Source of the DNA: an uncultured Brevundimonas sp.
GTDB lineage: Bacteria > Pseudomonadota > Alphaproteobacteria > Caulobacterales > Caulobacteraceae
Assembly: GCA_964398675.1 (NCBI GenBank)
Contig: CAYNNT010000001.1
Location: 38,541 to 102,540 of the forward strand
DNA: 64,000 nucleotides
Direction: 5' to 3'
The notes beneath the pieces were generated by a model. That model saw nothing but the letters and a program-made list of their open reading frames with translations, did no database searches and was not told where the DNA came from. The translations under genes were made by a program, and so were the position numbers. How positions within the stretch are numbered: the first letter of the stretch is position 1; every line of letters starts with the position of its first letter. Below are positions 10,414-19,711 of the stretch, piece by piece.

Positions 10414-11127
10414 TCAGGGTCTGGCGCCCTCGGGCGTCTCCCGCCGCACCTGAACCAGAAATTCCGTCATCACCGCGACGCGTTGCGTCGCCAGTTCGCG
10501 AGCCGCCGCCGTCTTCAGGCGAGGCGGAATATCCACGGCGAATCGCTCGATCCGGCCCAGCGCCTGATCGTAGTCCGGTCGGTCGCTGGTCGCCGCCAGC
10601 AGCCGCGCGGCGCCGAGGGCCCCGAGGAAATCCAGTGCGTCGGCGTCGTGCAGGACGACCGCCTCGGCCCCGTCCGGTTCCTTGTCGTACATGTGCCCAA
10701 GGATGGCGGCGCGCACAGCCGGGAATTTCTCCATCGGGAAGCCGGCCTCCGTCAGGAAGGGTTCGGCGAGCTCGACCGATCGCACCGCATGGTCCTTGCC
10801 GGCGACCGCAAAGGGCGCGATCCCGCCCCAGTCATGCAGGAAGGCCGCGGCGAACAGGACGTCGTCATCGACGGTCAGGCCGTCGGCCTCCGCGAGGGCC
10901 ATGCCCAGCACATAATTGCGCTCGGAGTGACGCACGCCCCAGCTTGGATGCCGGAAATGGGTGTTCGCCTGTTCGTACACCGCGCGCCGCCAGGCGCTGT
11001 CCAGCGGAATGCCGGCGGGCGTCGCGGTCGGCGCAGCCGCGGCCGCCGGGGCCTCCTGCGCGGCCGGTGCGCTCGCCGGGGACAACAGCAGCGCCCCCGC
11101 CGCGATGGTCAGAATGATGGACTTCAT
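10414..11127 (-). CDS. HD-domain phosphohydrolase with signal peptide
   Basis: HSERNY...AAFLHD...DHA...ILGH...LHDADALD; N-terminus MKSIILTIAAGALLLSPASAPA; GGAGG SD. Confidence 0.85.
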   Translation of the reverse strand: MKSIILTIAAGALLLSPASAPAAQEAPAAAAAPTATPAGIPLDSAWRRAVYEQANTHFRHPSWGVRHSERNYVLGMALAEADGLTVDDDVLFAAAFLHDWGGIAPFAVAGKDHAVRSVELAEPFLTEAGFPMEKFPAVRAAILGHMYDKEPDGAEAVVLHDADALDFLGALGAARLLAATSDRPDYDQALGRIERFAVDIPPRLKTAAARELATQRVAVMTEFLVQVRRETPEGARP

Positions 11128-11149
11128 GCCGCCCTCCCGATGTGCCGGC

Positions 11150-11623
11150 TCAGCCGCGGTTCTCGTAAACGCCGGTGATCGAGACCTTGGCCAGCGTATG
11201 GAAATGCAGGTTGAAGCCGAAGACTGCGCCCGAATTCTCCGGCGTGACGTCAAGCCGCTCCGTGTCGACGGCGAAAACGGTGAAGATGTAGCGGTGCGGT
11301 CCGTGTCCGGGGGGCGGAGCGGCGCCGCCGAAGCCAGGCTCGCCGAAATCCGTGCGGCCCTCGACCGCGCCCCTGGGCAGGCCGGCGGACGACGCGCCCT
11401 CGGCCAGCCCGGTCGTATCGGCGGGAAGGTTGGCCACGGTCCAGTGCCAGAAACCCGACCCCGTCGGCGCGTCGGGGTCGAAGCAGGTGACGGCGAAGCT
11501 TTTCGTGCCTTCGGGTGCGCCCGACCAGCTCAGTTCCGGTGACCGGTTGCCCCGGGCGTGAACCTGGGCGTCGGGCAGGGCGCCGCCGTCGGCGAAGCCG
11601 GTGGAGGTGAGGGTGAAGGTCAT
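11150..11623 (-). CDS. YbhB/YbcL family (PEBP) protein
   Basis: DPDAPTGSGFWHW, GAAPPPGHGPHRY. Confidence 0.93.
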   Translation of the reverse strand: MTFTLTSTGFADGGALPDAQVHARGNRSPELSWSGAPEGTKSFAVTCFDPDAPTGSGFWHWTVANLPADTTGLAEGASSAGLPRGAVEGRTDFGEPGFGGAAPPPGHGPHRYIFTVFAVDTERLDVTPENSGAVFGFNLHFHTLAKVSITGVYENRG

Positions 11624-11678
11624 GGGGGGCTCCTCGCTGCGTATGGATGACCCTAACGCATGACCGCCGCTCGCGTCG

Positions 11679-11810
11679 CTAGTGCGCCGCTTCCTTCGCC
11701 GCCGGCGTAAAGGCCCGATCGTCGGTCAGGCCGCCGGCCAGGGCGGCGGCGAAGATCAGCACGCCGACGACGACAAAGGCCGTCACGGAAAACTGGATCA
11801 GCCGCTTCAT
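11679..11810 (-). CDS. 43-aa single-TM small protein
   Basis: MKRLIQFSVTAFVVVGVLIFAAALAGGLTDDRAFTPAAKEAAH; ATGA overlap with the purS stop; GAGG SD inside the purS end. Confidence 0.6.
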   Translation of the reverse strand: MKRLIQFSVTAFVVVGVLIFAAALAGGLTDDRAFTPAAKEAAH

Positions 11811-12046
11811 GCGACCTCGATGCGGTAGCTTTCGATCACGGTATTGGCCAGCAGGGTCTCGCACATGCGCTTGATCTCGGTGGCCTTGTCCTCGACGCCG
11901 TCGCCGAGGTCGAATTCGATCAGCTTGCCGACCCGGGCGTTGGACACATCGGCCCATCCCAGTCCGTGCAGGGCGCCTTCGACGGCCTTGCCCTGGACGT
12001 CGAGCACGCCGGGCTTGAGGAAGACGTGAACCTTGACCTTGGCCAT
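11807..12046 (-). CDS. purS: phosphoribosylformylglycinamidine synthase subunit PurS
   Basis: LKPGVLDVQGKAV...MCETLLANTVIE. Confidence 0.95.
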   Translation of the reverse strand: MAKVKVHVFLKPGVLDVQGKAVEGALHGLGWADVSNARVGKLIEFDLGDGVEDKATEIKRMCETLLANTVIESYRIEVA

Positions 12047-12807
12047 CAGTGCAAACCCCCCTGAATCACGGTCGGCATGTCCTTCATGATGCCGAGGCGG
12101 CGGGCCACCTCGGTGTAGCTTTCGATGACATTGCCCAGATCGCGGCGGAAGCGGTCCTTGTCCAGCTTCTCGCCCGTATTGGTGTCCCACAGGCGGCAGG
12201 AATCAGGGCTGATCTCGTCGGCCAGCAGGACGCGCGAGAAATCGTTTTCCCACACCCGGCCGAACTCGATCTTGAAGTCCACCAGGGTGATGCCGACGGC
12301 GCCGAACATGCCCGACAGATAGTCGTTCACCCGCACGGTCATCGCCAGGATGTCGTCCAGTTCCTGGGTCGTGGCCCAGTTGAAGGCGGTGATGTGCTCC
12401 TCGGTGACCATCGGGTCGTTGAGCTCATCCTTCTTCAGATAGAATTCGATGATCGAGCGGGGCAGGGGCGTGCCCTCGTCTATGCCCAGCCGCTGGCTCA
12501 TCGAGCCCGCGACGATGTTGCGGCAGACGACCTCGAGCGGGATGATCTCGACTTCGCGGATCAGTTGCTCGCGCAGGTTCAGCCGCTTGATGAAGTGGTT
12601 GGTCACGCCGATGCCGTTCAGGCGCGACATGATGAACTCGCTGATGCGGTTGTTGATCACGCCCTTGCCTTCCAGCTGGGCCTTCTTCTCGCCGTTGAAG
12701 GCGGTGGCGTCGTCCTTGAAATACTGGATCAGGGTGCCGGGCTCGGGTCCTTCGTAAAGGATCTTGGCCTTGCCCTCGTAAATCTTCTTGCGCTTGACGT
12801 TCATCAT
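12046..12807 (-). CDS. purC: SAICAR synthetase
   Basis: [38 protein letters not shown]. Confidence 0.98.
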   Translation of the reverse strand: MMNVKRKKIYEGKAKILYEGPEPGTLIQYFKDDATAFNGEKKAQLEGKGVINNRISEFIMSRLNGIGVTNHFIKRLNLREQLIREVEIIPLEVVCRNIVAGSMSQRLGIDEGTPLPRSIIEFYLKKDELNDPMVTEEHITAFNWATTQELDDILAMTVRVNDYLSGMFGAVGITLVDFKIEFGRVWENDFSRVLLADEISPDSCRLWDTNTGEKLDKDRFRRDLGNVIESYTEVARRLGIMKDMPTVIQGGLH

Positions 12808-13077
12808 GGTTGGTCCGGGCGGGGCACGACGGAAACGGCTATCGCGCGACCAGAGCGGGGTCTGGGCGGCTCAATCCGGAATCGGGCGGGCGGGAAAAGT
12901 CGCGGGAACCCTTAGCGGATGCGGCGCCGCGACACAAACCGACTGCGTTGCGGCAGGGCCTGCCGCCGCGGTGTCGCAACCCGGCGAGTTCCGGTTGCGT
13001 TCGGCCATGGGGCGGCTATAGACCACCTCGACCGCGGCCGTGCTTTCAGGCCGCCCAAACGGAGCCTCGCAACGCCC

Positions 13078-13401
13078 ATGACCACCTTCGACGATCGGGA
13101 AAAGGGCTTCGAGTCCAAATACGCCCTCGATCAGGAACAGGAATTCAAGGCGGTCGCCCGGCGCAACAAGCTGCTGGGCCTCTGGGCCGCCGAGAAGATG
13201 GGGCTGAACGCTGATCGCGCGCAGGAATACGGCCGCGCCATCGTCAAGGCCGACTTCGAGCAGCCGGGCGAGGAAGACGTCTACCGCAAGATCGCCCAGG
13301 ACCTCGAAGGCGCCGGCCTGACCGTCTCCGAAGGCGAAATCCGCCGCAAGATGGACGAGCTGTCGTCGGTGGCGCGCGAGCAGATCCGCAACGACGAATA
13401 G
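13078..13401 (+). CDS. DUF1476 / F1Fo-ATPase inhibitory zeta subunit
   Basis: MTTFDDREKGFESKY...FKAVARRNKLLGLWAAE. Confidence 0.9.
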   Translation: MTTFDDREKGFESKYALDQEQEFKAVARRNKLLGLWAAEKMGLNADRAQEYGRAIVKADFEQPGEEDVYRKIAQDLEGAGLTVSEGEIRRKMDELSSVAREQIRNDE

Positions 13402-13424
13402 TCCGCTCAGGACTTCGGAATGCA

Positions 13425-13454
13425 GAAAGGGCCGCCCCTCGGGGCGGCCCTTTC
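13425..13454. terminator. bidirectional intrinsic terminator
   Basis: GAAAGGGCCGCCC-ctcg-GGGCGGCCCTTTC between convergent genes. Confidence 0.85.
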
Positions 13455-13510
13455 GTTTGCCGGGTCGGGGCCGCCCGGCGGTCCTGGCGCGTGTTTTGGC
13501 GCCAGAACAA

Positions 13511-14119
13511 TCAGTTCGGCATCAGGACCGTGTCGATGACATGAACCATGCCGTTGGACTGGGCGACGTCGGCCTGGGTGATGGTCGAGGTTCCGCCCTT
13601 CGAGTCGGTGATGACCCAGGTGTTGTTCGGGCCGGCCGAGACCTTCAGGGTCTCGCCCTGGACGGTCGTCAGCGTGGCGACGCCGCCGTTGGCCTGGGCC
13701 TGCGAGGCGATGTCGGCGGCGGTCAGACGGCCGGGCACCACATGGTAGGTCAGGATCTTCGTGAGCGCGTCCTTGCCGGCCGGAGCCATCAGGGCCGTGC
13801 GGGTCGCCGCGGGGACCTTTTCGAACGCGGCGTTGTCAGGCGCGAAGACGGTGAAGGGGCCGGTTCCCGAAAGCGTCTCAGCCAGACCGGCGGCCTGGAC
13901 GGCGCTGACGAGGGTGGTCAGGGTCGAGGCCTTGGCGGCATTGGCGACGATGGTGTCGGTCGGGCTCATGGCGGCGCCGCCGACCATCGGATCTGCGGCG
14001 GCAGGGGCGACGGCCGCGGCGTCGGCGGGCGCTGCCTTGTCAGCGGCGGGCGTGCAGGCGGCGAGCGCGAACGCCGCGGTCGAGGCGGCGGCGAGGGCGG
14101 CGTAGCGGGTGAAAGTCAT
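13511..14119 (-). CDS. fasciclin (FAS1) domain lipoprotein
   Basis: Lipobox LAAC; GPFTVFAPDNAAF, ILTYHVVPG, NGMVHVIDTVL. Confidence 0.93.
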   Translation of the reverse strand: MTFTRYAALAAASTAAFALAACTPAADKAAPADAAAVAPAAADPMVGGAAMSPTDTIVANAAKASTLTTLVSAVQAAGLAETLSGTGPFTVFAPDNAAFEKVPAATRTALMAPAGKDALTKILTYHVVPGRLTAADIASQAQANGGVATLTTVQGETLKVSAGPNNTWVITDSKGGTSTITQADVAQSNGMVHVIDTVLMPN

Positions 14120-14235
14120 GACTCGGTCTCCTGGAACAACCCGCTCTGTCGGCGGGGTCCGGGGAGGTACTGATCCGGAGCCGAAAGGATGCGTCCGCTA
14201 CGACATTTGTGCCGCGACAGGTGAGCGCACCCCGG

Positions 14236-14733
14236 CTAGCGCTCGGACAGCGCCTTCGCCAGCACCGACCAGACCGCCGCCTTTTCCGAAAGCGGCCGGG
14301 TATGGGCCGGGCTCGAGGAGGGCAGGTCGATCAGATCGAGGCCCGCCCGGAGCGTCAGGCTTCGGCGGCCGATCCGCGCCGCCGTTCCGCCGTTGAAGGC
14401 AATGGCCCGCAAGTCCGGGAGGGTGTCGACAAGACGGTTCAGGTCGGCCGCCTCGACGTCGCGTATGGCGGTGTCCAGACTGCCGGGCCGGTGAGCGCTC
14501 GAGATCACGTCCCACAGGCCCACGCCCGCCGCCTTCAGCGCCTGCAGCCGGTCAGGATAGGGAAGGGCGACGAGCTCGATGCCGATCACGCCGCCGACCA
14601 GTCGCCAGAAGCCGTTCTGCGGGTGGCCGTAGTACTGGCCGGCCCTCAGCGAAGCATCGCCGGGCAGGCTGCCGAGGATCAGCAGCCGTGTGTGCGCATC
14701 GACGACGGGGTCGAAGGCGCGCTTGAGGCTCAC
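14236..14733 (-). CDS. DNA-deoxyinosine glycosylase (UDG superfamily)
   Basis: LILGSLPG..SL...YYGHPQNGFW, GLWDV, LPSSSPA. Confidence 0.88.
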   Translation of the reverse strand: MSLKRAFDPVVDAHTRLLILGSLPGDASLRAGQYYGHPQNGFWRLVGGVIGIELVALPYPDRLQALKAAGVGLWDVISSAHRPGSLDTAIRDVEAADLNRLVDTLPDLRAIAFNGGTAARIGRRSLTLRAGLDLIDLPSSSPAHTRPLSEKAAVWSVLAKALSER

Positions 14734-16031
14734 GCCGCCCCGAACACGCGGGCGAACACCGTGTCGACGTGCTTGGTGTGGTAGCCGAGGTCGAACAGCG
14801 CCTCGAGTTGCTCCGCCGGGAGGGTCACGCGCGCGTCGGCCTTCAGGAAGTCGAGGAAACGCCCCTCGCCGCGCCAGACCTTCATGGCGTTCTCCTGCAC
14901 GGCGGCATAGGCGTCCTCGCGCGACACCCCCGCCTGGGTGAGGGCCAGCATCACCCGCTGGGAATGCACCAGCCCGCCGAGCAGGTTCAGGTTCTTCTCC
15001 ATATTGGCCGGATAGACGTTCAGCCGCTCGACGACGCCGGCCAGCCGGTGGAGGGCGAAATCGAGGTGGATGGTGGCGTCCGGACCGATCCCGCGCTCGA
15101 CCGAGGAGTGGCTGATGTCCCGCTCATGCCAGAGGGCGACGTTTTCCATCGCCGGGACGACCGCCGAACGGACCAGACGGGCCAGGCCGGTCAGATTTTC
15201 GGTCAGGATGGGGTTGCGCTTGTGCGGCATCGCCGACGAGCCCTTCTGGCCCTTGTCGAAGAATTCCTCGGCCTCCAGCACCTCGGTCCGCTGCAGGTGG
15301 CGAATCTCGGTCGCCAGTCGCTCGATCGATGAGGCGACGACGCCCAGGGCGGCGAAGAAGGCCGCATGACGGTCCCGCGGGATGACCTGGGTCGAGACCG
15401 GCTCGACCTGCAGCCCCATCTGGTCAGCGACATAGGCTTCCACGGCCGGATCGACGTTGGCGAAGGTGCCGACGGCGCCGGAGATGGCGCAGGTGGCGAT
15501 CTCTTCCTTCGCCGTCTGCAGACGCCGCTTCGCGCGCTGGAATTCGGCATGGTAGCCGGCGAGCTTGAGCCCGAAGGTGACCGGTTCGGCATGGATGCCG
15601 TGGCTGCGGCCCACGCACGGCGTGAGCTTGTGTTCCTTCGCGCGGGTCTCCAGCGCCGTCAGAACGCGATCAACGCCCTCGATCAGCAGGTCAGACGCGC
15701 GCGCCAGCTGGACCGCGAAACAGGTGTCCAGCACATCCGAGGAGGTCATGCCCTGGTGCAGGAACCGGGCTTCCTCGCCGACGATCTCGGACACATGGGT
15801 CAGGAAGGCGATGACGTCGTGTTTGGTGGTGCGTTCGATCTCGTCGATGCGGTCGGCATCGAACACGACATCCTTGCCCTTGGCCCAGATCGCCTCGGCC
15901 GCGGCGGTCGGGATCACACCCAGTTCGGCCATCTTCGTGGCGGCGTGCGCCTCGATCTCGAACCAGATCCGGTACTTGGTCTCCTGGGACCAGATGGCGA
16001 CGGCGGCGGGGCGGGAATAGCGGCTGATCAT
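14730..16031 (-). CDS. purB: adenylosuccinate lyase
   Basis: GRSHGIHAEP, GSSAMPHKRNP, ERDISHSSVER. Confidence 0.98.
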   Translation of the reverse strand: MISRYSRPAAVAIWSQETKYRIWFEIEAHAATKMAELGVIPTAAAEAIWAKGKDVVFDADRIDEIERTTKHDVIAFLTHVSEIVGEEARFLHQGMTSSDVLDTCFAVQLARASDLLIEGVDRVLTALETRAKEHKLTPCVGRSHGIHAEPVTFGLKLAGYHAEFQRAKRRLQTAKEEIATCAISGAVGTFANVDPAVEAYVADQMGLQVEPVSTQVIPRDRHAAFFAALGVVASSIERLATEIRHLQRTEVLEAEEFFDKGQKGSSAMPHKRNPILTENLTGLARLVRSAVVPAMENVALWHERDISHSSVERGIGPDATIHLDFALHRLAGVVERLNVYPANMEKNLNLLGGLVHSQRVMLALTQAGVSREDAYAAVQENAMKVWRGEGRFLDFLKADARVTLPAEQLEALFDLGYHTKHVDTVFARVFGAA

Positions 16032-16151
16032 GGGGGCGGGGTGTCAGGCGAGGGCGCCGCCGAGTCAAGCGCGGCTTGTGCCGGACGCCTCCGAACTGAT
16101 TGTCGGGAGACCCTGAAGCGCCCTATGCGTGACGTCTCACCCCTGAGGAGC

Positions 16152-16808
16152 ATGACCATGGAACTGATCATCGGCCCGCGGCTCTATTCGACCTGGTCCC
16201 TGCGCCCATGGCTGGTGCTGAAACGGTGCAAGGCGGACTTCACCGTGCGCGAGATCGACATCTATTCGCCGGCCGGTCAGGCCGAGCTTGAAAGGTTGTC
16301 GCCGTCCCGCCTGGTCCCGCTGCTGAAGGTCGAGGGCGTCACGGTCTGGGATTCCATGGCCATCTCGGTCTGGTGCGCCGAACGCTATCCCGAAGTCCGG
16401 CTGTGGCCTGCCGATCCGCACGCCCGCTGGCTGGCCCGGTCGGCGGCCTGCGAGATGCACGGCGGCTTCCTGGCGCTGCGCACCGACTGCGGCATGGGGC
16501 CGGACCACACCATGGTCGGACCGGATCGCTCGCCGCCGCCGACGGGCGAAGCGGTGGAACGCGACATCCGCCGCATCGTCGGACTCTGGAGGGAGATGCG
16601 CGCCCGCTTCGGCGCCGGCGGGCCCTACCTGTTCGGCGAGTGGTCAGTGCCGGACGCCTTCTTCACGCCCGTCGCCACCCGGTTCCGGCATTACCAGATC
16701 GACCTGGCGGCCTATGGCGACGACGGGTCAGCCGCGGCCTACCGCGATGCGCTTCTGGCCCAGCCGGACTTCCTCGAATGGTCGGCCGAGGCGCTGTCGG
16801 ACCGTTAA
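16152..16808 (+). CDS. glutathione S-transferase family protein
   Basis: YSTWSLRPWL, VWDSMAI, EMHGGF, YLFGEWSVPDAFFTPV; AGGAG SD. Confidence 0.9.
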   Translation: MTMELIIGPRLYSTWSLRPWLVLKRCKADFTVREIDIYSPAGQAELERLSPSRLVPLLKVEGVTVWDSMAISVWCAERYPEVRLWPADPHARWLARSAACEMHGGFLALRTDCGMGPDHTMVGPDRSPPPTGEAVERDIRRIVGLWREMRARFGAGGPYLFGEWSVPDAFFTPVATRFRHYQIDLAAYGDDGSAAAYRDALLAQPDFLEWSAEALSDR

Positions 16809-16888
16809 CCGCCCCGCGGAACCCGGTCTTAAGACAACAGCGGTATATCGGGGGCTTCAGGAGCGCAGAAGCGTTCAGGGGTCTACCG

Positions 16889-16999
16889 ATGTCCATGCCC
16901 GCCGAACAGCCCGGAGCAAGCCGTCCCAGCCTGATGGTCTATGGCCTGATGATCGTGATCGCCTGCTGCCTGCCGGCCCTGCTGCTGGTCAATATCTAG
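16889..16999 (+). CDS. 36-aa single-TM small protein (putative)
   Basis: MSMPAEQPGASRPSLMVYGLMIVIACCLPALLLVNI; host-like codons; AGGGG upstream. Confidence 0.45.
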   Translation: MSMPAEQPGASRPSLMVYGLMIVIACCLPALLLVNI

Positions 17000-18717
17000 T
17001 TTGAACTGACAGCCGGGACCGCTGCGACCTCGACCGGTTGCACCGGAACCGGCGGCGGCGGGACATAGTCGAGCGAGAGCGGGATCAGGGTGGCTCCGGA
17101 AGCCACGGCGTCCAGCGTATTCAGCGGACGGCCGTTCATACGCTGGTAGATCCAGTAGGCCGCCACGACCTTTTCCACATATTCCCGGGCCTGGGGCACG
17201 TCGATGGTCTCGATCAGCAGCAGCGGGTCGGCGTCATGGCCCAGTTTGCGCACCGCATCGACCATGGGGCCCGGCCCGGCGTTGTAGGACGCCGCCGCCC
17301 GCAACAGGTCGCCGTTGATCGCCGGCAGGGCCAGCACGCGGTTCACATAGGCCTGCCCCAGACGGGCGTTGATGTTGGGCTCGAACAGGCGGTCGGGCTC
17401 GCTGACGAAGGTCCGGTCTCCGGAAAGCTCGACGGCGGTCGCCGGCATCACCTGCATCAGGCCGTAGGCGCCGGCGCCGGAACGGGCGCGGGCGTTGAAG
17501 CCGGTCTCCTTGCGGGCGATCGCATAGACCAGCGACCGTTCGACGGTGAAGCCGCCCTCGGGCTCAATGACCGGCTGGGCGTAGCGTGTGGCGTCGATGC
17601 GGCGCACATCGTCGCCCGAGCCCGTCACCCTCGGGCCCAGCGCCCGGCCAAGGGCGGCCCAGAGCTGGCGGCCGCGGTCGGTGACGGCGGCGCGGAGGCC
17701 GGTCCGCAACTCATCGCGGGCATCGGCGCGGCGACCGACCTCGAAGAAGGCGACGGTGCGGCGCGCGCGCGGCTCGGACCGGATGAATTCGTCCAGTTCG
17801 TCCGCGCCGACGCCGATCGGTTCCTCGGCCTGGTAGGCGGCCGGGCGCAAATTGCCGGCGGCATAGGGCGTCGGTCCCAGATTCTCGATCACCGGTTCCT
17901 CGCCCAGCTGACGCAGGGCGATCTGGCCGTAGAAGGTGGCGGGCCAGGTGGCGGCGCGGTGCAGGAGCGGCTGGACGCGGTCCTGCTGGCCGGATCGTCC
18001 GGCTGCACGCGCGGCCCAGAAGGCGGCGCCGGAACGGACCCAGCCGTCCTCGGTCGGATCGTCGAGAACCCGTTCGAACGCGACCTTGGCGGCGGCGAAT
18101 TCGCCCAGCCGGTACTGGGCCAGGGCGACCGTCCACCAGTCGCCGATCTGTTCGCCGATCGTAACCGCGCCGGCCAGGTCGTCCCGGTTCAGGGCAACCC
18201 GTGCCGCCTTCATCGGGTCAGCCTCGGTGTTGCCGCCGGCGGCCTCTATGCGATTCCAGTAGCGGCCACCGCCCATGCGCGAGGGTTGCCGCGGTTCAGG
18301 CGCGCCGTCGGGACGGCGCCGCATGGCGAGATTCCAGGCGCGTTCCGCGACCGGAAGGTCCGAATACTCCTCCAGCCAGGCCGCCAGTTCTTCGTAGGTG
18401 GCCGTGTAGTCGGCGTGGAAAAGGCGTTCGAACTCGACCTGTCCCAGCAGGACGCGGTCCTGGGCCTGGCGCGCCGAGGTGCGGGCGGCCTCCAGGTCGC
18501 CGCGGCGCAGGGCGTCGAAGGCGGTGGTGTAGTTGAGGCGATCCGCGGCGCTGAGGGTCGAGAGCGGGCGACGGTCGCCCTCCTCGGCATGCGCTGCGCC
18601 GGCAAGGGCGAACAACGCCAAGGCCAACGTCGGCGCAAAAATCGCGCGGCGGAAATCAGATCGCACTTGAGGCGGCCCCCCTGAGAGCATCGAACGACCC
18701 GTCTCGACCCGGGTCAA
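16996..18717 (-). CDS. soluble lytic transglycosylase (SLT domain)
   Basis: TFYGQIA, AIARKETGF, GAYGLMQVMPATA, ASYNAGPG, REYVEKV; start uncertain. Confidence 0.9.
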   Translation of the reverse strand: MTRVETGRSMLSGGPPQVRSDFRRAIFAPTLALALFALAGAAHAEEGDRRPLSTLSAADRLNYTTAFDALRRGDLEAARTSARQAQDRVLLGQVEFERLFHADYTATYEELAAWLEEYSDLPVAERAWNLAMRRRPDGAPEPRQPSRMGGGRYWNRIEAAGGNTEADPMKAARVALNRDDLAGAVTIGEQIGDWWTVALAQYRLGEFAAAKVAFERVLDDPTEDGWVRSGAAFWAARAAGRSGQQDRVQPLLHRAATWPATFYGQIALRQLGEEPVIENLGPTPYAAGNLRPAAYQAEEPIGVGADELDEFIRSEPRARRTVAFFEVGRRADARDELRTGLRAAVTDRGRQLWAALGRALGPRVTGSGDDVRRIDATRYAQPVIEPEGGFTVERSLVYAIARKETGFNARARSGAGAYGLMQVMPATAVELSGDRTFVSEPDRLFEPNINARLGQAYVNRVLALPAINGDLLRAAASYNAGPGPMVDAVRKLGHDADPLLLIETIDVPQAREYVEKVVAAYWIYQRMNGRPLNTLDAVASGATLIPLSLDYVPPPPVPVQPVEVAAVPAVSSN

Positions 18718-18831
18718 TTCGCGCTGTTCGTTCGGTCGTCAGGCCAGAAAGGCGCCACCGCCCCGACCCATGTCAATATTTCACCCCTTTTTGGGGCGGT
18801 TTTGAGTCAGAAGAGTGAACTAGCCTGGCCG

Positions 18832-19614
18832 TTAGCCCTCGATCCGCGCCGCCAGCGACAGCAGGTCGGCCCAGACCTCGCGCTTGGCGATGGGCTGGCG
18901 CAGCAGGAAGGCCGGATGCAGCGTCGGCAGGGCTGGGGCCGACACGGCGCCCTCCGCCAGCCGCCACTCGCGCCACTGTCCGCGCATCCGCATGATGCCT
19001 TCGTCGGTCGCCAGCACCGACTTTGCCGAGGCCGCGCCCAGCAACAGCACCGCCTTCGGCTTCAGCAGGGCGAAGGCCCGTTCGACGAAGGGCGCGCAGA
19101 CGGCCTGCTCCGCCGCCGTCGGCGTGCGGTTGCCCGGCGGTCTCCAGAAGACGGTGTTGGTGATGAACACCCGGCCCTCGAGACCCGCCTCGGCCAGCAT
19201 CCGGTCCAGCAATTTGCCCGCCTTGCCGATGAAGGGCTGGCCGCGTTCGTCCTCTTCCGCGCCGGGGCCTTCCCCGATGATCAGAACCTCGGCCTCCGGA
19301 TTGCCGCGACAAAACACCGCCTGCTTCGCCCCCATGCCGCGCAGCGTGCAGCCCTCGAAGCCGGAGATGGCGAGGCCCAGAGCCTCCAGCGTGTCGGCCC
19401 CCGCCGCCAGCCGTCGCGCCTCGGACACGGCGTCGCCGGCCGGGACGATCGGCGTCACTGACGCCGTAGCCCTGGTCACCGCCTTGACGGCGGGGGGCGG
19501 GGCGACATGGGTCCGGTCGACCGGGGCGTCCTCGAAACAGGCGTCGACGCCCGCGTCCCGCCAGAAGGCGAGCAGGCTTTCGGCGCTGGCGGTGTCGAGG
19601 TGCGGCGTTGTCAT
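18832..19614 (-). CDS. uracil-DNA glycosylase family 4
   Basis: IIGEGPGAEED..GQPFIGKAGKLL, WRPPGNRTP, TLHPAFLL. Confidence 0.92.
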   Translation of the reverse strand: MTTPHLDTASAESLLAFWRDAGVDACFEDAPVDRTHVAPPPAVKAVTRATASVTPIVPAGDAVSEARRLAAGADTLEALGLAISGFEGCTLRGMGAKQAVFCRGNPEAEVLIIGEGPGAEEDERGQPFIGKAGKLLDRMLAEAGLEGRVFITNTVFWRPPGNRTPTAAEQAVCAPFVERAFALLKPKAVLLLGAASAKSVLATDEGIMRMRGQWREWRLAEGAVSAPALPTLHPAFLLRQPIAKREVWADLLSLAARIEG

Positions 19615-19711
19615 CGGGTGGATGCGCACAGGGATAGTCCTTGACCACCCTTGCGTCACCTTCCGATAAACGGAAAACAGCAAGACCCCACTGAACCCGA
19701 GGACATCCCCC

